Of a stretch of DNA of 64,000 nucleotides, positions 27,501-39,029 are shown piece after piece. The position numbers and the translations under genes are program-made. Source of the stretch: Perna viridis (Eukaryota); NCBI GenBank assembly GCA_037379345.1, contig CM074513.1:56275195-56339194 (forward strand). The letters run 5' to 3'. The notes beneath the pieces were generated by a model, which saw nothing but the letters and a program-made list of their open reading frames with translations, was not told the DNA's origin and did no database searches. Numbering within the stretch: the stretch's first letter is position 1; every line of letters begins with the position of its first letter.

Positions 27501-30004
27501 AAACAATCTGATTGGAGCACCTGCATCTAAGATACATATGGTTAGGTGTTACCAGTAGAATTTATGGATTGACTGAACCACACAAACCAGTGAAATTGGT
27601 ACCCCAAGAATGAGTTTCTATATAGATGATAAATTTTTTTACACATAGAAAATAATTTTTTTCGCACATTGGTTTCATTGGTCTATTTTTCCTCCTTTGA
27701 CATTGCCAATGGTGTAAAACATATTTACATACAAATAACAGGAAGGAGAGATTATAGACAATCCCACCTTCGGAACACTTATATAGTACACAAAATAGAC
27801 GACTATGTGTCCCCAGAGTATAAAGATGAGTTCAAGTGAAAGTTAAAAGTTACTATTCAAATTGTTTCCTAATGCATAAAAATGTTAATAACTTTTGTAT
27901 AATATTTTGTATTTGTTAAATCTTGCTGAAAATGACATTCAAATATCAGAGTGAAAGTAGTCCTATAAAACAGATTTGCATATTGTACCCAAATTACTGT
28001 ACTGAGGAACATAGTGAGAGTTTGTATCTTTATTGATTAGTGATTCTGAAGGAGGAATACCATCAATATGTATTGATAAAATTCAACTCCCTTCATCTTC
28101 TCTTGGATCTTATCTGTATGGCCCACTAGCTGAGCTTATACCAAAATTCATAATATAACATAAAAGCTTCACACTTGTGCTTCTTGAAGATTGCTATGTA
28201 AGCGGATTAACTAAAAATTTCTATTGATACCTTTCTCCGTCACTGATCGTCAAAGCCTGGCTTTCACTAAAACCTTTATCTTTTACTGGCGGCCCATTTA
28301 CTCCTCTTACGGATCATAAGCACTGCTTTTCAAGTTTGTCTAATATATGTATTTAACTTGAGCATGAAATATTGATGATAAAAACTGTAAAAATTATACC
28401 TTCAATTTCAAATTATCACATAAAAGTTAAGTCAATATGTTTAAAGTAAATGTAAAAAAAAATATTACTGTAGGAACATAGAGGTTTAAAGTAATGGATA
28501 GCATTTCAACTTGATTACAGACACACTAAAATACTCTTAAAAAAATGATAATAATTGAAATGAAGAGAATAAAGATCTGTTCAACAAGTATTTGACCAAC
28601 AAAAATAACTTCAAAGCCTGATAGATAAAGTCAAAGATGATCTCCTAACCTGAAAAAAAAAAACTGATGGCTGGCAACATGTAGCATGTCTAAAAAAATC
28701 CAGCAATGAAGGTAAATTAAATCTGGTTGCACTAAACAGAATGTCAAGAATCTCACATTTAGCTCTTTAATGTACCAAATATATTGTACTCAATGTGAAA
28801 AACACATTTCAAATCAGTTCATAAAGGCCAGAATACAGGGAAAAGCTAGCGGTTACAAAACATCAATATTCTGTCAGCACTATAAGCACTACTTTTATAT
28901 CAAATCTGTGACTAAAATGAAATGAATTGAAAAGAACTGTCTGCATTAAATTACTGTAGTTCTAAATAAAATTTTATGATTTTATCTAATTGGTTATAAA
29001 TTAAATACCCTTGACATAATAATCATAATATGATGACAGCCATTTTCCCCCTCAATACTTTATAATGACGTGAGTATATTGTTAGTCATTTTACGCTTTA
29101 TAAGTGGACCATAATATGATTACATCAACTTTTTGTGTTAGTAAACATTCTTCATTCAATAAACTTCACGTAGGAAGAATTTGTTTCATACAAAAAATAT
29201 TACCAAAACATAAAAATAGAATGAATCACACAATTGTTATCAATAATCACTACAAGTACTTAGGGATTGTACAGTAAAATGATGAGAACTAAACAACAAC
29301 AAACTAATACTCATTATATTTGTAGACCAATCTAAAAAAAATTAAATGGGACGTCTTTTAATAAACAACTAACTCACATTTTTTTAAAAGACACTCCAGG
29401 CCATGTAAGACCTCAAACATTCAAGTTTTTTTTTTTAAATTCAAATGTAACAAGTCAAGCTAAAATCTGGTGGTAATAATTGTGTTGTGGTCATCTTTTA
29501 AATAAATAATTATTTTCTGATGAATATGAGTTGTCACAAGTTTTTATATGTACAAGATATGTTACATTATAAACTTGTCAAATGTTGGGAGTACATTATG
29601 TGTATTGAGTCGCCATGCCACATACCCTAAGGCTATAACAATACACTTCCCAGTAGTGTTTTACATGCTATCTGGACTTTGTATGCAATATGTATTTGAT
29701 CCTTTACATAGATAATAAAATCAGTGAACATCCTTTTGACAATTTTTCCCTTTTGTAATCTGAGATGAATAAAGGATGGCTACTTTGTTCACTTCAATAA
29801 ACAAATTATTCATCGAGGAAGCATGTTGCAATCAAAAGCTGCAACAGTTGTGCATGATCTTGTATTAAATTAACATAATATCACTGATACTAATTGTAAC
29901 TTTTTCATCTTATTAAGTGTAAAACAAAGCATTGAATTAAATCCCCTCTGAGACTGGACAAAATGGTTCACAATGCTAATTCCTACCACATACTAACAGA
30001 CAAT

Positions 30005-30188
30005 ATGTTACCAGTTCACAGAGTGGACAGTATAGCACCACTTTATGTTACCAGTTCACAGAGTGGACAGTACAGCACCACTTTATGTTACCAATTCACA
30101 GAGTGGACAGTATAGCACCACTTTATGTTATCAATTCACCGAGTGGACAATGTTACCAGTTCACAAACTGGACACTTTATTACCACTT
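30005..30188. repeat. 40-bp minisatellite, about 4 copies
   Basis: atgttaccagttcacagagtggacagtatagcaccacttt at 30005, 30045, 30085 and 30125. Confidence 0.92.
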
Positions 30189-31876
30189 TTCAGCAAATTT
30201 TAAACTTCTTTGTCAAACCACTAAGGAAGTATTTATACATCCAAGTATCATTTTTTCCTGCCTCCTTAATATCAAACTGAATATTCTTCTATAAACATAT
30301 GAAATCTAAAGTCATATGGAGGGAAATAAGATAAAAAGTTATTGGCAGCGCTGGAAATGTATAGATGAATATCAAGTAAGATTTCAGTTTAAAATATTTT
30401 CATAAGTTTGAATTGCCAAAGACACACTTTAAGTCATTACAGCAGTATTCCAGAAATTTTTTTATCAATATAATGAGAATAGATATGGTGAATATTTCTG
30501 AGAGACAACAACCCTACCAGGATAAAAATGTCAGCCAAAGGCCACCCAATGGTCTTCAAAGAATGATGAGGAAACCAATACAATGGACAATCCTATCACA
30601 GTCATATATAAGAACAAAACTGGTAAATACAGGGTTGCCATACCTAAAATTTACACTAAATGTAACAAAAAAACAAGATATTAACTTAGCATGCTCCCTG
30701 CTATCGACACAAATCATCTATACATGGCAGAGATCCATACCACCCTCAGTATCAACACCTACTTGTTTTTCACATATTACTTTTTAATTTTTCTTTAATA
30801 TGATATCTACAAAATTTCATTAAAATTTACAATCATGTGAACAGAATAAATTCATTTTATTAGAAATTTTCTTCAGATGTGATTATTTTTATGGAATCTA
30901 TCGAATCTTTTTTTATAATTACATCATTTAAGGATGCAAAATCATCTCCCATAAAGTCAAATTCCTACTCAAATTTCATTGATTCTGATACACAGAACTT
31001 AAATGTCAAATCTCAATCAATGTCTATTCCCTTCATAATACTACTTGGTACATTAATGTTGATTTCTGAGTGGCTAAAAAACCTTTAAATTTTATGTCCT
31101 AACCAGATTTTGCAGGAAAATGAGATTTTAATAATATTGCACTTCTCAATGGGACAAAAAGTCACAAAAAAATCCTAGGACATCTCCATGATCAACCATT
31201 GTACAATAATGAATTTCCTTTAGGTGCATTTTCTATTAAATGTTCTCATAAAATATGAACGGGTAATCTATCAATATTATGACAAAGTACTGCTGAACAC
31301 TGAATATTTGTTTTTCTCTACAATATGGTGTATTAAGTCAACAAAATTCAAGTTTGGAAAGTAAAACTTCTCATGAAACATATCAGTGTAAACCTTAGGT
31401 AAGCATAAATGTCATAAATATTCCAAAAATTTTCTTCAAAAAGAGATCATAAATAACAGGTGAAAATTTGAACAAAGTTTGAAAGCTTTAAAGAAGGAAG
31501 AACCATATTTGTACAACAGATTTAAGGACGGCCACACTGAACCACTGATTAATTCATAAAATATTAATACAAATAATTAATAACCAGAATAGTAAAATAA
31601 TGTAAGAGAAGAATGGAAAACAAAATATATACTGTAATATATACAGTCATTTATAATTCATAATAAAGAGGATAGTCGAATTAAACACGATACATAATGT
31701 CAAAGTTTAATTAAAGCAAAATTTACTGAAAGCTATTAATTACCTGACTGCATGACCAAAGAAAACCTGTCTGACAAAAAACTTTATCTCACACAATTTT
31801 GAATGGAAAAAAAACTTATTAAATTCTTAAATAGGTTTCAAACATGTAAGAAAGTTATTAATATTTATTAACTTAC

Positions 31877-32091
31877 CACTTGACAAATAAATCTCCAAAC
31901 AAACAGGTGAAAACATCACTTGTTTGGTCAATCCTTGGCCTCATATAGGGGCTATAGGGGTTAGGGTGGTGATTCATGGGGGGAGGGGGTGGTCCTCCAT
32001 ACCCTCCCATGTGATGGTGATGACCAGGATGATGTCCCGGGTGCCCATGGTGTATAGGGCCATGTCCATGCCCGTTATAGTCCGTGAACAT
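31877..32091 (-). CDS. HR96: Alternative first coding exon (His/Gly/Pro-rich A/B domain) of the NR1J receptor
   Basis: ATG at 32091 with an in-frame TGA just upstream. Locally GC-rich. Ends GTC AAG TG|gtaagt (phase 2), joining 18470 to give ...GDLFVKC|FEDSNSNG. Total CDS 1401 nt, 466 aa. Confidence 0.82.
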
Positions 32092-32273
32092 AACGATAAT
32101 TCAATATCAACTTCCTTTGTTAAGAAAAACTTGTTGTAATCCGCATTGAATAAAAAGTCAATCTAACTAACACAATAAAATCAAAGTTTCTTCCTGTGTG
32201 AGATTCTCTGCAACAATGTCATTGCTAATGTGCGAATTAAAAATAAATGTGGTGTAGATACACACATTAAACT

Positions 32274-32296
32274 AGGACACAGTTCAGCTTGGTTCA
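32274..32296. promoter_or_regulatory. Putative nuclear-receptor response element (DR1+DR4 composite)
   Basis: AGGACA-c-AGTTCA-gctt-GGTTCA, about 190 bp upstream of the ATG at 32091. Confidence 0.5.
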
Positions 32297-32389
32297 CACT
32301 TCACTCATAAATGGGGTTTATACAGTACTCAATAACTGTTTTAGTAAACATAGCATGTAGACTGGGTCGTTTGGTGCATTTCTCTCCTT

Positions 32390-32680
32390 TCAACCAATCA
32401 AATGATGTAAATCCAATAAATGACAAGAAAACTCCGCCCCCAGGACATTTAAGGACATTGTAAATCTGAAGGTTTTTACAGGAGATATCTTAATTTTCTA
32501 ATCTGTCAAATCAGTTATTGGCTCTTGATTATGTTGATGAAGGATATCAAAATTCAAAAATTTGCATTTACAATGATAAAATAGACACAGGCGCTGACAT
32601 CTGATTCAATGTTTCCACTTGGAGAAATTTAAAAGGTAAGTATATAATCTTTTTTCTACCCCATGGCAATCAGCCAATGG
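32390..32680. promoter_or_regulatory. Putative internal promoter for the His-rich isoform
   Basis: CCAAT at 32394, 32413 and 32674, ATTGG at 32517, GC box ctccgccccc at 32432-41 and AGGACA-ttta-AGGACA at 32442-57. Confidence 0.5.
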
Positions 32681-34351
32681 TCATTGTTTAAATATTTACA
32701 CCATGGCTTAGGTCACCTAGTCCAGCTATATAGTAAACATTAATAATATTGTATATTATCTTTAGTTACATATGACATTAATATTTTCACCTATATATTG
32801 ATATCTATACATAACTATATTTTTATCTAATCTTTATAAATTATTTGGTATTGATTATGTATAAAGTTAACTTACATTAATGAATATACTTAAATTAAAA
32901 ACATTGTAGTATTTGAAATTCTGAGAGTGAGTTAGCATGAATATTCACATGCATCATAAAAAGATTATCATTCCAATCAACCTTATTTCTTAATAAACCA
33001 CTTGACACAATTAATTAAATATATAAATTTTACAAATTTTAGTCAATTTTAAATGGACTAAAACTAAAATGCAAAAAGCATAATATAAACTATACTTTCT
33101 TTATACGAAAAAGTAAAATTTTTGAAACACATTGAAAGAAATGAATGAAAATAATGTTTGGGTGATATTCTAAGAGAAGAATATCATTGAATAAATGCAG
33201 TACATTTTACATGAATTTTAATTTTTGTAAAATTGTGAGCTACACTTTCTTAATTAATATTCCTTAAAAACAGGCATAATAATTTATATTTAAAAAATAT
33301 TTTATTGATAATATCTTGAACATTTTGTTTATAGGATTCTAAATTATTTGGTTACCTTAATTAGTTAAAAATAAATAAAACCAAAAGATTTTTTTAAAAA
33401 ACTTATAAAACAAGGACACATAAACATATTTTAATTATTTTCCTTGTAAAAGAAATAGGAATACTGGTGATGAACTCAGTGCAAATCACGGAAGAATCAA
33501 CTCTTGTACATGCAAACTTCAAATCCAAATTTGTGTAGAACTTTGAACAGTTGATCTTAAAATGCCACTTTCAAAATTATTTTGACAAAATCTTGAAATA
33601 AACAAAAACAGGTTTGTAAACTTAAATAGTGTGGTTGGACTAGCATCAACAAACAATACTGCATATGTTTTTTTCCCTCAGATGCAACTACCAAACTTTA
33701 TAATAAACTTCACTCTTAAAAGTGACTTATGTGCACCATGTGTAAATTTGAGTGAAGTCTAAATAAATCTCCTATGTTATCATGGCACAAAGATGTAAAA
33801 CCTGATGGTACAAACCCTAAAACTCCCAACTATCTTTATACATTCTTACACCACCAAAAAGAATTGACTATACATGCACACACATACTATACAAATACCA
33901 GTATGTAACCATCTTTTTGATCCAAGGTAGTGTATTTTTGAAACGATCCAATTTAAACTGTTAATTCCAAAGAATCTACTATGAGCATCATACGTACCAA
34001 AATATGAAAAATATTATTCTGTAACAAATTTTATGACATTAAACTCAACAATCAGCCAGTTATAACTATAACAAAACATTTTGTCCATGTGAAATACCAA
34101 AAAGAAACATAAAAGGAGAGAGATTATTGTTGTCGTAACCTAAGACTTTGGTCTCCACTGATCAGGAGTATACACCAGTATATGGATAATGATGAACACA
34201 TGCACTTTTAAATATTATATTTTCCCCCTATAGAATTTTCCAGTGAAGTATTTCCTGTAACCTGTCATTCAGTACAATTATCAGCCTTCTTGACAGTTTG
34301 TAATGTAATTCAAATGTACTTTTCATTTTAATACATATATATATATATATA

Positions 34352-34631
34352 TATAGAAGGGTCTGAAAAATTCCCAACGATGTTAGAACTGTCAAATTTG
34401 CGAAGCAAATTTTTGTCGTTCCCTCCGCGGGACTCGAACTTGTACCGCTGTGACATCTATGGCAACACCGCCTGCACTAAGTCCAGTGCTCTAGACCATT
34501 AGGCCAGCTGGACTTAGTGCAGGCGGTGTTGCCATAGATGTCACAGCGGTACGAGTTCGAGTCCCGTGGAGGGAACGACAAAAATTTGCGACAGTTCTAA
34601 CATCGTTGGGAATTTTTCAGACCCTTCTATA
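34352..34631. mobile_element. Head-to-head fold-back pair of a tRNA-derived SINE
   Basis: Arms 34352-34486 and 34508-34631 are reverse complements with a 21-nt loop. The minus-strand copy has A-box TGGCCTAATGG, B-box GTTCGAGTCC and a (TA)n tail at 34335-34355. Confidence 0.85.
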
Positions 34632-34894
34632 AGTTTACGTTATCTTCCCTGTATCAATTTGATCCGATGGAGCAGTGTAGTGAATAGAGTCGTCACATTC
34701 TGGACATTGTATATATATTTACAAGACATTGCCTCTAACAGAACTAATACTCCCCTCAGCCTAAGGATATACAATTTAAATTGGACACAATTTTTATGGT
34801 GGATAGACTACACACTTTTGACACACAATTTGCTGCCATTTCTAAAACACCCAACTCCAAACTGCCATCAGTGTTTTTTTTGGGGTGAGAACAC

Positions 34895-35842
34895 AATAAC
34901 AGAATATGACTATTTCCTGACAATATGCACGTCGTTAAGGCGGAGTTGTGGACAATGCATCAGACACAGTTTGTTGAAAAATGCTTAAGCTCCAACAGCC
35001 GTCATTTCTACAATTTTAGTCCAAACATAAATTCTTGACAATATGCACATCTCCATGTGGTAACCTATAGGCTAAAAACCACTAATTCCACTTCCCATAG
35101 GCTTCTATGCTAATTTCACAATATTCAATGGCTTCTCTGGACTTTACCTTAACTTTAACCTGCAGAGGACTATATATCAGCATGATTCTACATATGTCAG
35201 CTCACAATCCTCAGAATGGCATGTGGGGTTAGCAGACTTGCAGTGCAGTACTGGTCACCGGAAGTGAAGGGTCTATAAATAGCATGGGAAATCCAAGTGT
35301 TTTCACAAGATAGGGGTATATTTAAAAATCATTATGGAGATTAGACTTCACATCACAAGAAGCAAAATGCACCTATAAAATGTACAGAAATGTTTTTCCT
35401 TTCAGAAACTGTTTAAATTTTTTAAATAAGATGAGAACTTTTTTCACAGCACTATGAGGAACAGGGGTAATTTCTGCGTAGGACTATTTTTGCGTACGTT
35501 CCAAATGCTCATTGGTTGAATTGGTGGTCTGTAACCTATACCCCATTAAGTTTCATAACAATCTTGCCGGTCATTAAGGAGGTGTTGTGGACAACAAATG
35601 AGACCAAGTTCTGATGAAAATTGCCGAAGTTCAACAGCCATCATTTCTACAAATGTAGTCCAAACATAAATTCCTGACAGTATGTACATCTCCATATGAT
35701 TACATTACATCCCACATAGTTCCATAACAATGCTGCAAACTGCTTAGAAAATACCTTGGACAGACGGACAGAATGACAGACAGGGTGTAACCTATGTACC
35801 CCGAAAGTTTGTTCGGGGGCGGGGTGGGGGGGTTTATAATAA
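34895..35842. mobile_element. Helentron-type non-autonomous element (degenerate)
   Basis: Internal repeat caacagcc.tcatttctaca.....gtccaaacataaattc.tgaca.tatg.acatctccat at about 34993 and 35632. ggacagacggacag microsatellite, terminal hairpin ccccgaa-agtttg-ttcgggg, then tataat. Confidence 0.55.
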
Positions 35843-35939
35843 TATACACACTTCTTTTAACTAAATGAGTCAACATTTCTTTCTTTATCTTTTTTTTGAG
35901 TTCCTTATCTGACCACTAAGCTGTTAATGTACCTTATTA

Positions 35940-36618
35940 TCACTGAGACCTTAGCAGTGACTGTCAGTTATCTTGACAACACTGTGTCAAATTGAGAACA
36001 TAGAAGTGACTGACAGTTACCTGGACAACACTGTGTCAAATGTTGCACTGAGAGATTAGTAGTGACTTACAGTTAGCTAGAGAACCCTGAGACTAAATAG
36101 AAATATTGAGAGCTTAGTAGTGACTGACAGTTTCCATGACAACACTGTGTCAAAAAAGATACATTGAGAGGTTAGTACTGAATGATAGTTACCTGGACAA
36201 CATAATGTCAAAATAAGACAGTGAGAGTTAAGTAGTGATTAACACTTACCTAGACAACACAATGTCACAATAAGATACACAGAGATCTTAGAAGTGACTG
36301 ATAATAATCTTAACAACACAAATGTCAAAATAAGATATACACAGAGTTTAGTAGTGTCTGACAGTTACCTACCTAGAAAACACAGTGTCAAAATAAAATG
36401 CACTGAGAGCTTAGAAATGACTGACAGTTAACCAAAACAACACAAGTAAAAATAAGATACATTGAGGGCTTAGAATTGACTGAATTATACATCAGTGTCA
36501 AAATATGATACACTGAGAGCTAAATAATGACTGACAGTTAACTAGACAACTTAGTGTCAAAATAAGATACACTGAGAGCTTAGAAGTGACTGATAATAAC
36601 CTTAACAAAACAATGTCA
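35940..36618. repeat. About 58-60-bp satellite, left part
   Basis: Unit cactgagagcttagtagtgactgacagttacctggacaacacagtgtcaaaataagata, about 12 diverged copies. Confidence 0.88.
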
Positions 36619-37603
36619 AAAAAAAAAAAAACCTGTCATTTTTCCCTGTCAAGAACAATAACTCTTATAAGAAAGCGTCTAACAAATTTTATGCCTGAAG
36701 ACTTTTGTAGTCCTAAAAATAAGGATCATTTCAGCTATTGAAAGAATTTGGCTAAACCTAAAGGTTTTGGAGATGTATGCAAATAACTACTGTCTGACTC
36801 CTATGTTCTATTTTTAGTAACAGTGGCCATGTTTTTCAACGGATCAAAAAACCCCAATAAAATTCTATGTGGGATACCCCAAGTTGTGTAAAATAGTGTC
36901 AGAGGAGATTTTGAAAGAAATAACATAAAAAATAGCAAAAAACTTTGAAAAAGGGTAATAACTCCAACATGGCTTAATAGATTAAAATGAAAATTTAACC
37001 GCAGATAGATCTCATCATGCTAAACACTTTTATCCCTTTCAGAATGAGCTAAACCTAACCGTTTTGGAGATATATGAGAAAAACTATTGTCTAACCCCTA
37101 TGTTCTATTTTAAGTAAGAGCGGCCATGCTTTTTGACAGATCAAAATCCCCACAACAGTTCTATGCATGATACCCAAAGGAACATTCATACCAAGTTTGG
37201 TTCCAATTGGTCAAGTAGTGTCAGAGGAGAAAATTTTTGAAAGAAATAACATTAAAAATAGCAAAAAAACGTAGAAAAAGGGCAACATCTCCAACATGGT
37301 TTAATAGATTAAAATGAAAATTTGACCACAGATATACCTCATGTCAGAATTGGCTAAACCTAACCATTTTGGAGATATATGCGAAAAACTACTGTCTGAC
37401 CCCTATGTTCTGTTTTTAGTAATGTTTTTTGACGGATCAAAAATTCCCGCATCAGTTCTATGCAGGATACCCCAAGGAAAATTCATACCAAGTTTGGTTC
37501 CAATTGGTCTAATTTTGAAAATTTGTTAACGATGACGACGGACGACAACAGATGCCAAGTGATGGCAATAGCTCACATGGCCTTCGACCAGGTGAGCTAA
37601 AAA
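36619..37603 (-). mobile_element. Helentron-associated element with about 300-bp internal tandem repeats, inserted in the satellite
   Basis: Three copies of gctaaacctaa..ttttggagat.tatg...ctgtct.acccctatgttct (about 36751, 37048, 37353). gacgacggacgac microsatellite and terminus gctcacatggccttcgaccaggtgagctaaaa. Same family as 9307-9847. Confidence 0.78.
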
Positions 37604-37900
37604 GGCACAGTGAGAGTTAAGTAGTACTGAAAGTTACCTGGACAACACAGCAGGGAAATAAGATTCACTGGGAGCTCAGAGGGGATTTACAATTACCTGG
37701 ACAACAGGGTCAAAATAAGATACACTGAAAGCTTAGTAGTGACAAACAGTTACCTGGACAACAAAGCGCTTAAATAAGATACACTGAGAGCTTAGTAGTG
37801 ATGGACAATTACCTAGACAAAACAGCTGGGAAATAAAATACACTAAGTGCATAGCTGTGGCAAACAGTAACCTAGACAACACAGCAGGGAAGTAAAACAC
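37604..37900. repeat. About 58-60-bp satellite, right part
   Basis: The same unit resumes in register after the insertion (cagtgagagttaagtagtactgaaagttacctggacaacacag). Confidence 0.85.
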
Positions 37901-39029
37901 TGGAGCAGTAAAATTACAGACAAAATAGTTTCCAATTATATCGATATACATTGGAAAACTTAAAATTGACAAAACATTACATAGAGAGATATACACATGC
38001 TTTGAAAAGCAGAGGTTAGACAAATAGACAGACAAAAAAAACTACTTCTATCTAACAATTCTTTACTATAGGGCTTTAAGAAACTGGTGGGTATATGTTA
38101 TCAAGCACGGCAATCTACCTTCAGAGAAGTCTTACATAAACTTTTTTTAAAGCAATATTTGTGTCATAACAATTAAAAAGTGAAATAACATGCACTGGCT
38201 CAATCTGTCTTATCTTGTCTAATATAATGAGACTTAGCACTTTTCCTCTCATAGATGTATCATTGTGTTAAGTAAGGAAGTTCTCTACATGAAAATTGCC
38301 AATCATGGTTTCAATTAAATGATGGCATCTTCATAGTTTTGTCTCATAATGTACTTTTATTCACAATATGAACTGATCAGTTTTCTGTAATTATATATTT
38401 ATCATCTCCAGCCACTCTTTGATTGAAAACAGTTTGAATAGTAAAACAAAATGATTAAAGTCTATTAACATGACCATAAAAAAGTACACAAGTTGTTTGT
38501 TCCTAAATGACAAATGGTAATTTGTTTTCTTCTTAATTTGCTTTGGTGTTAGTTTTACAGATCAAATCATTGTACATGATCAGTGATTAACAATATATAG
38601 GAGCTTAGAAGGCAAATACTACTTATTCTGCTATTTGTCAAATGACTGTGATAGAACGCAGTTGTACTTTATAAGGTCATTGGGTAAATACCTTTTTGAC
38701 ATAAAGAATACTGTGACTAGTAATTACACCAAGTCACTGCACTGTATATACTTTAAAATCTCTGAAAACATAAGTCTACTTTCACTTAAAATTCAAAACA
38801 CTTAAAGCATCATGTGTGCATCTATGGCCTATACCTCCAATTTTGGCATTACTTTAAACAAGAGAAGGTTATAGTGTTTCTAAGGAAACTGTGTTAAAAC
38901 AACTCAGAGGTATAATATTGACCAATGCTGTTTTATTTCTAGGGTATGTCAACAAAGCCAGTAATATTGTAGTATTAGAGGACATTGTCTAACAATGGCT
39001 GTGGACAACATCAACAACAGTGTTTCTAA

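Noticed and set aside
34420-34570. tRNA gene (A and B boxes present)
   Set aside because: No convincing cloverleaf, extended A-B spacing, and a SINE body with a (TA)n tail.
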